Shown here in pieces: positions 61,640-64,000 of a stretch of DNA of 64,000 bases (position 1 is its first letter; each line of letters starts with the position of its first letter). The DNA comes from a virus. Both the position numbers and the translations under genes were made by a program. The DNA is taken from IMG/VR virus record IMGVR_UViG_3300031673_000027, one strand, 5' to 3'. A model generated the notes under the pieces. That model saw only the letters and a list, made by a program, of their open reading frames with translations. It was not told the origin of the DNA and searched no databases.

Positions 61640-62578
61640 ATGAGTTTGACACTGATCGAAGCTTCAAAACTTATGCTGAGTCGAGGAGAGGTGCAGCGTT
61701 CGGCCGTAGTCGAAACGTATGCCATGGCCTCGGATATTCTGAGGGTTCTGTCCTTCAGAGATATCCCCGGCAACGCTTATGCGTACAATCAGGAAAAGAC
61801 CTTGCCCGGTATCGGTTTCCGGGGAATCAACGCTGGATATACACCCAGCACAGGGATTATCAATCCCCAGGTAGAGCCACTTGTCATTGCTGGCGGTGAC
61901 CTGTCGGTCGATCCATTCATAATCAAGACAGGTGGCGAAGGAGTACGCGAGCGCCACCAGATTATGAAGATGAAAGCACTGGCTCATGCCTGGACGCTGG
62001 CTTTCATCAAGGGCAGTTCTGTGACCACACCGGCAAGTCTGGACGGTTTGCAGGTTCGTCTGACGGGCGATCAGTTGACCCCAAATGGAACTACCAGTCT
62101 CGGGGACGCATTGTCACTGACGAACCTGGACACGCTGATCGACTCGGTCGATGACCCCACGCATTTGATCATGAACAAGAAGATGCGAAGGCGCCTGAGT
62201 GTGGCTGCAAGAACGGCTGCGGTCGGCGGAAACATCGTCTGGACAAAAGACGAGTTTGGCCGGCAGATTATGATATACAACGATCTCCCGATTGTTATTG
62301 CCGACAAAGACCATACCGGCTCCGATATTCTGGGGTTCGCCGAGGCATCCAACAACGCGACTCCTGGTGCGGTCGCCACTTCGATCTATTGCATTTCGGT
62401 CGGGGATGGAATGCTTGAGGGCATTCAAAACGGAAGCATCGATGTTCGCTTCGTAGGCGAGCAGGCCACGACAGTGACCGAGTTGACCCGCGTCGAATGG
62501 TACAACGGAATCTGCATCGAACATCCGCGGGCTGCTGCAAGACTGTGGTCCATCTCTGACGCCACTGTTGTGGCGTAA
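61640..62578 (+). CDS. major capsid protein
   Basis: 312 aa with a strong GAAAGGA RBS, after the scaffold gene. The call rests mainly on synteny and size. Confidence 0.75.
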   Translation: MSLTLIEASKLMLSRGEVQRSAVVETYAMASDILRVLSFRDIPGNAYAYNQEKTLPGIGFRGINAGYTPSTGIINPQVEPLVIAGGDLSVDPFIIKTGGEGVRERHQIMKMKALAHAWTLAFIKGSSVTTPASLDGLQVRLTGDQLTPNGTTSLGDALSLTNLDTLIDSVDDPTHLIMNKKMRRRLSVAARTAAVGGNIVWTKDEFGRQIMIYNDLPIVIADKDHTGSDILGFAEASNNATPGAVATSIYCISVGDGMLEGIQNGSIDVRFVGEQATTVTELTRVEWYNGICIEHPRAAARLWSISDATVVA

Positions 62579-62648
62579 GCGATGAAATTTTGTCACTGAA
62601 TCTGTTCACAATGCAGGAAATATGAACAACTTTTGAAAGGTGTTTGAT

Positions 62649-63071
62649 ATGCTCAGAAATTGGACTAAAGATGACGCCCTGTTGGACGTTAAAGCGTCCG
62701 CGGCAGTCGTTGCTTCTGCTGCTGGTACGGTCATCGTTGATTTCGGCGATGGCCTCGTCGAAGGCAATATAATCATCGACGTGACTGTCATCGATGTGGC
62801 AACAACCGACGAGCTTTACACGATTATCCTCCAGCTTTCGCCCGACGCCCTGTTTGGAACGGCCGCCAATATCATGGACAGTTACGCCATTACCCTTGGT
62901 GCCGCTGCTGCAAGACTGACAGATTGCGACAAGGGGAGTGTGGTGGGTCGATATGTCCTGCCCTTCACAAACGAGGTCTGCGGAACGATCTATCGGTATG
63001 GCAGAATTTACACTCTGCTGAACACGACAGGTGAAAGCATTACCTACGCCGCGAGAATGGTCAGAAGGTAG
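62649..63071 (+). CDS. capsid-proximal structural protein (possible decoration protein)
   Basis: GAAAGG RBS. Its N-terminal segment is paralogous to the start of the next ORF. Confidence 0.55.
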   Translation: MLRNWTKDDALLDVKASAAVVASAAGTVIVDFGDGLVEGNIIIDVTVIDVATTDELYTIILQLSPDALFGTAANIMDSYAITLGAAAARLTDCDKGSVVGRYVLPFTNEVCGTIYRYGRIYTLLNTTGESITYAARMVRR

Positions 63072-63096
63072 TCTCTGCCGAAGCGAATGAGGACTA

Positions 63097-63130
63097 TGCT
63101 TGCCGGTTTATTGCCGGCAAGCATTTACTC
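63097..63130 (+). terminator. hairpin / partial terminator after the capsid genes
   Basis: 10-bp stem, TGCTTGCCGG with CCGGCAAGCA, followed by a weak T-tract. Confidence 0.5.
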
Positions 63131-63161
63131 TAAACACTAACAATCGAGAGAAAGGTCTGGT

Positions 63162-64000
63162 ATGAGACACAACTACACTTATGAGGGCGATCTTGTACTT
63201 AAGGATGCAGGTGCTATTGCAGCATCAGCCGCTGCACAGGTAGCCTCAGTTAACAAAATTCTCGACGTCGGGCTTGCAATAATCGACGCCGAGCTTCTTC
63301 TTGATATTGCGAGCATTGACGTTGACGGTTCGGCGGCACAGGGAACTTTGACAGTCGCCGTAAATCCGACAGGCGGCAATTCATCGCAGGGACTGCTCTC
63401 GTTTGAGGTCAATCCGGTCGATGCTAACAATGACACCATAACGTTCGGCACAACTGCTTATCGGTTTAAGAGCACTATGGCCCTTGCCGGCGATATCAAG
63501 ATCGGGGCTACCATCGCCGCTACTCAGGCGAGTCTGCTTGCAACAATCAATGGCACGGGGACGGTGGGCGTGGATTACTTTGCCGCAACCGTTTCCCCGC
63601 ATCCGCTGGTACGGATGGGGACTTTTGCTTCGGACGATTCGATTGTTACGGCGATTGCCACTGGTACGGCAGGCGATGCTATACAAACAACTGAATCTTT
63701 CACTCACGTAGATAATCATTTCGATCAAGGCACGCTTGGCTTAGTTGGTGCCGGGGCCGATGGCGACACAATGACAATCGACACGAAGGTCTATTACTTC
63801 GATGTCAATGGTGCGCTCGATAACATCGACGGCCACATCGAGGTCGGCACTCTGGTTGCTGATACTCAGGCCAGCATAGAAGAGGCGATTACCCTTGGCG
63901 GGACGCCGGGGACTGGATATGCCGCCCTGATGACCTTGCATCCAACCGTGACGATTGGAGCTTTCGCTTCTGATGACGCCATACTTACAGCCAAGACTCC
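63162..64000 (+). CDS. capsid-proximal structural protein with repeated display modules (3' end outside the window)
   Basis: AGAAAGG RBS. The frame is open to the window end. At least two copies of the module are shared with the tail tube protein. Confidence 0.6.
   Translation, partial: MRHNYTYEGDLVLKDAGAIAASAAAQVASVNKILDVGLAIIDAELLLDIASIDVDGSAAQGTLTVAVNPTGGNSSQGLLSFEVNPVDANNDTITFGTTAYRFKSTMALAGDIKIGATIAATQASLLATINGTGTVGVDYFAATVSPHPLVRMGTFASDDSIVTAIATGTAGDAIQTTESFTHVDNHFDQGTLGLVGAGADGDTMTIDTKVYYFDVNGALDNIDGHIEVGTLVADTQASIEEAITLGGTPGTGYAALMTLHPTVTIGAFASDDAILTAKT

Overview
This window is most of a temperate, siphovirus-like phage or prophage genome, roughly 55-58% GC by eye, with almost all genes on the + strand. 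All protein-family calls come from reading motifs and gene order by eye; no database search was run.

Gene order, left to right:
- 1-5.6 kb: two large repeat-rich fibre-like genes.
- 5.7-20.9 kb: a head-tail joining and long non-contractile tail module. It has an HK97 gp10-like protein, a tail terminator, a tail tube protein, G/GT chaperones with a canonical -1 slippery site, a tape measure protein, GTA-like distal tail proteins and a gpJ-like tip protein.
- 20.9-27.6 kb: a lysogeny/moron island. It has small ORFs with a shared leader, a long structured RNA with a tRNA-like end, a minus-strand tyrosine integrase operon, an attP-like site built on a tRNA-Arg 5' fragment, RHH and Xis-like genes and a tRNA-Met-like gene.
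- 27.7-54 kb: a long early region. It has an SbcC/Rad50-like ATPase, RecT and an MBL nuclease; an HNH-AP2 endonuclease; a DNA-modification gene cluster; an SF2 helicase; an initiator gene with an internal ori-like region; RusA; ParB-like and methyltransferase genes; a clamp-loader-like AAA+ protein; and a radical SAM protein.
- 54.5-64 kb: the start of the late operon, with TerS, TerL, portal, an intein-containing MuF/gp7-like head morphogenesis protein, scaffold, major capsid and two capsid-proximal paralogs.

Most unusual observations:
1. Four strictly phased (GTTNN)n arrays, 67 units in total, form two bipartite modules in front of two consecutive unknown genes.
2. A 370-aa intein in the head morphogenesis gene carries an in-register antisense ORF that looks like a Vsr/PD-(D/E)xK-type homing endonuclease.
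3. Near-identical 15-40 bp junction cassettes recur at successive gene boundaries.
4. tRNA-like minihelices flank a moron gene.
5. Shared peptide modules link the tail, capsid-proximal and fibre proteins.
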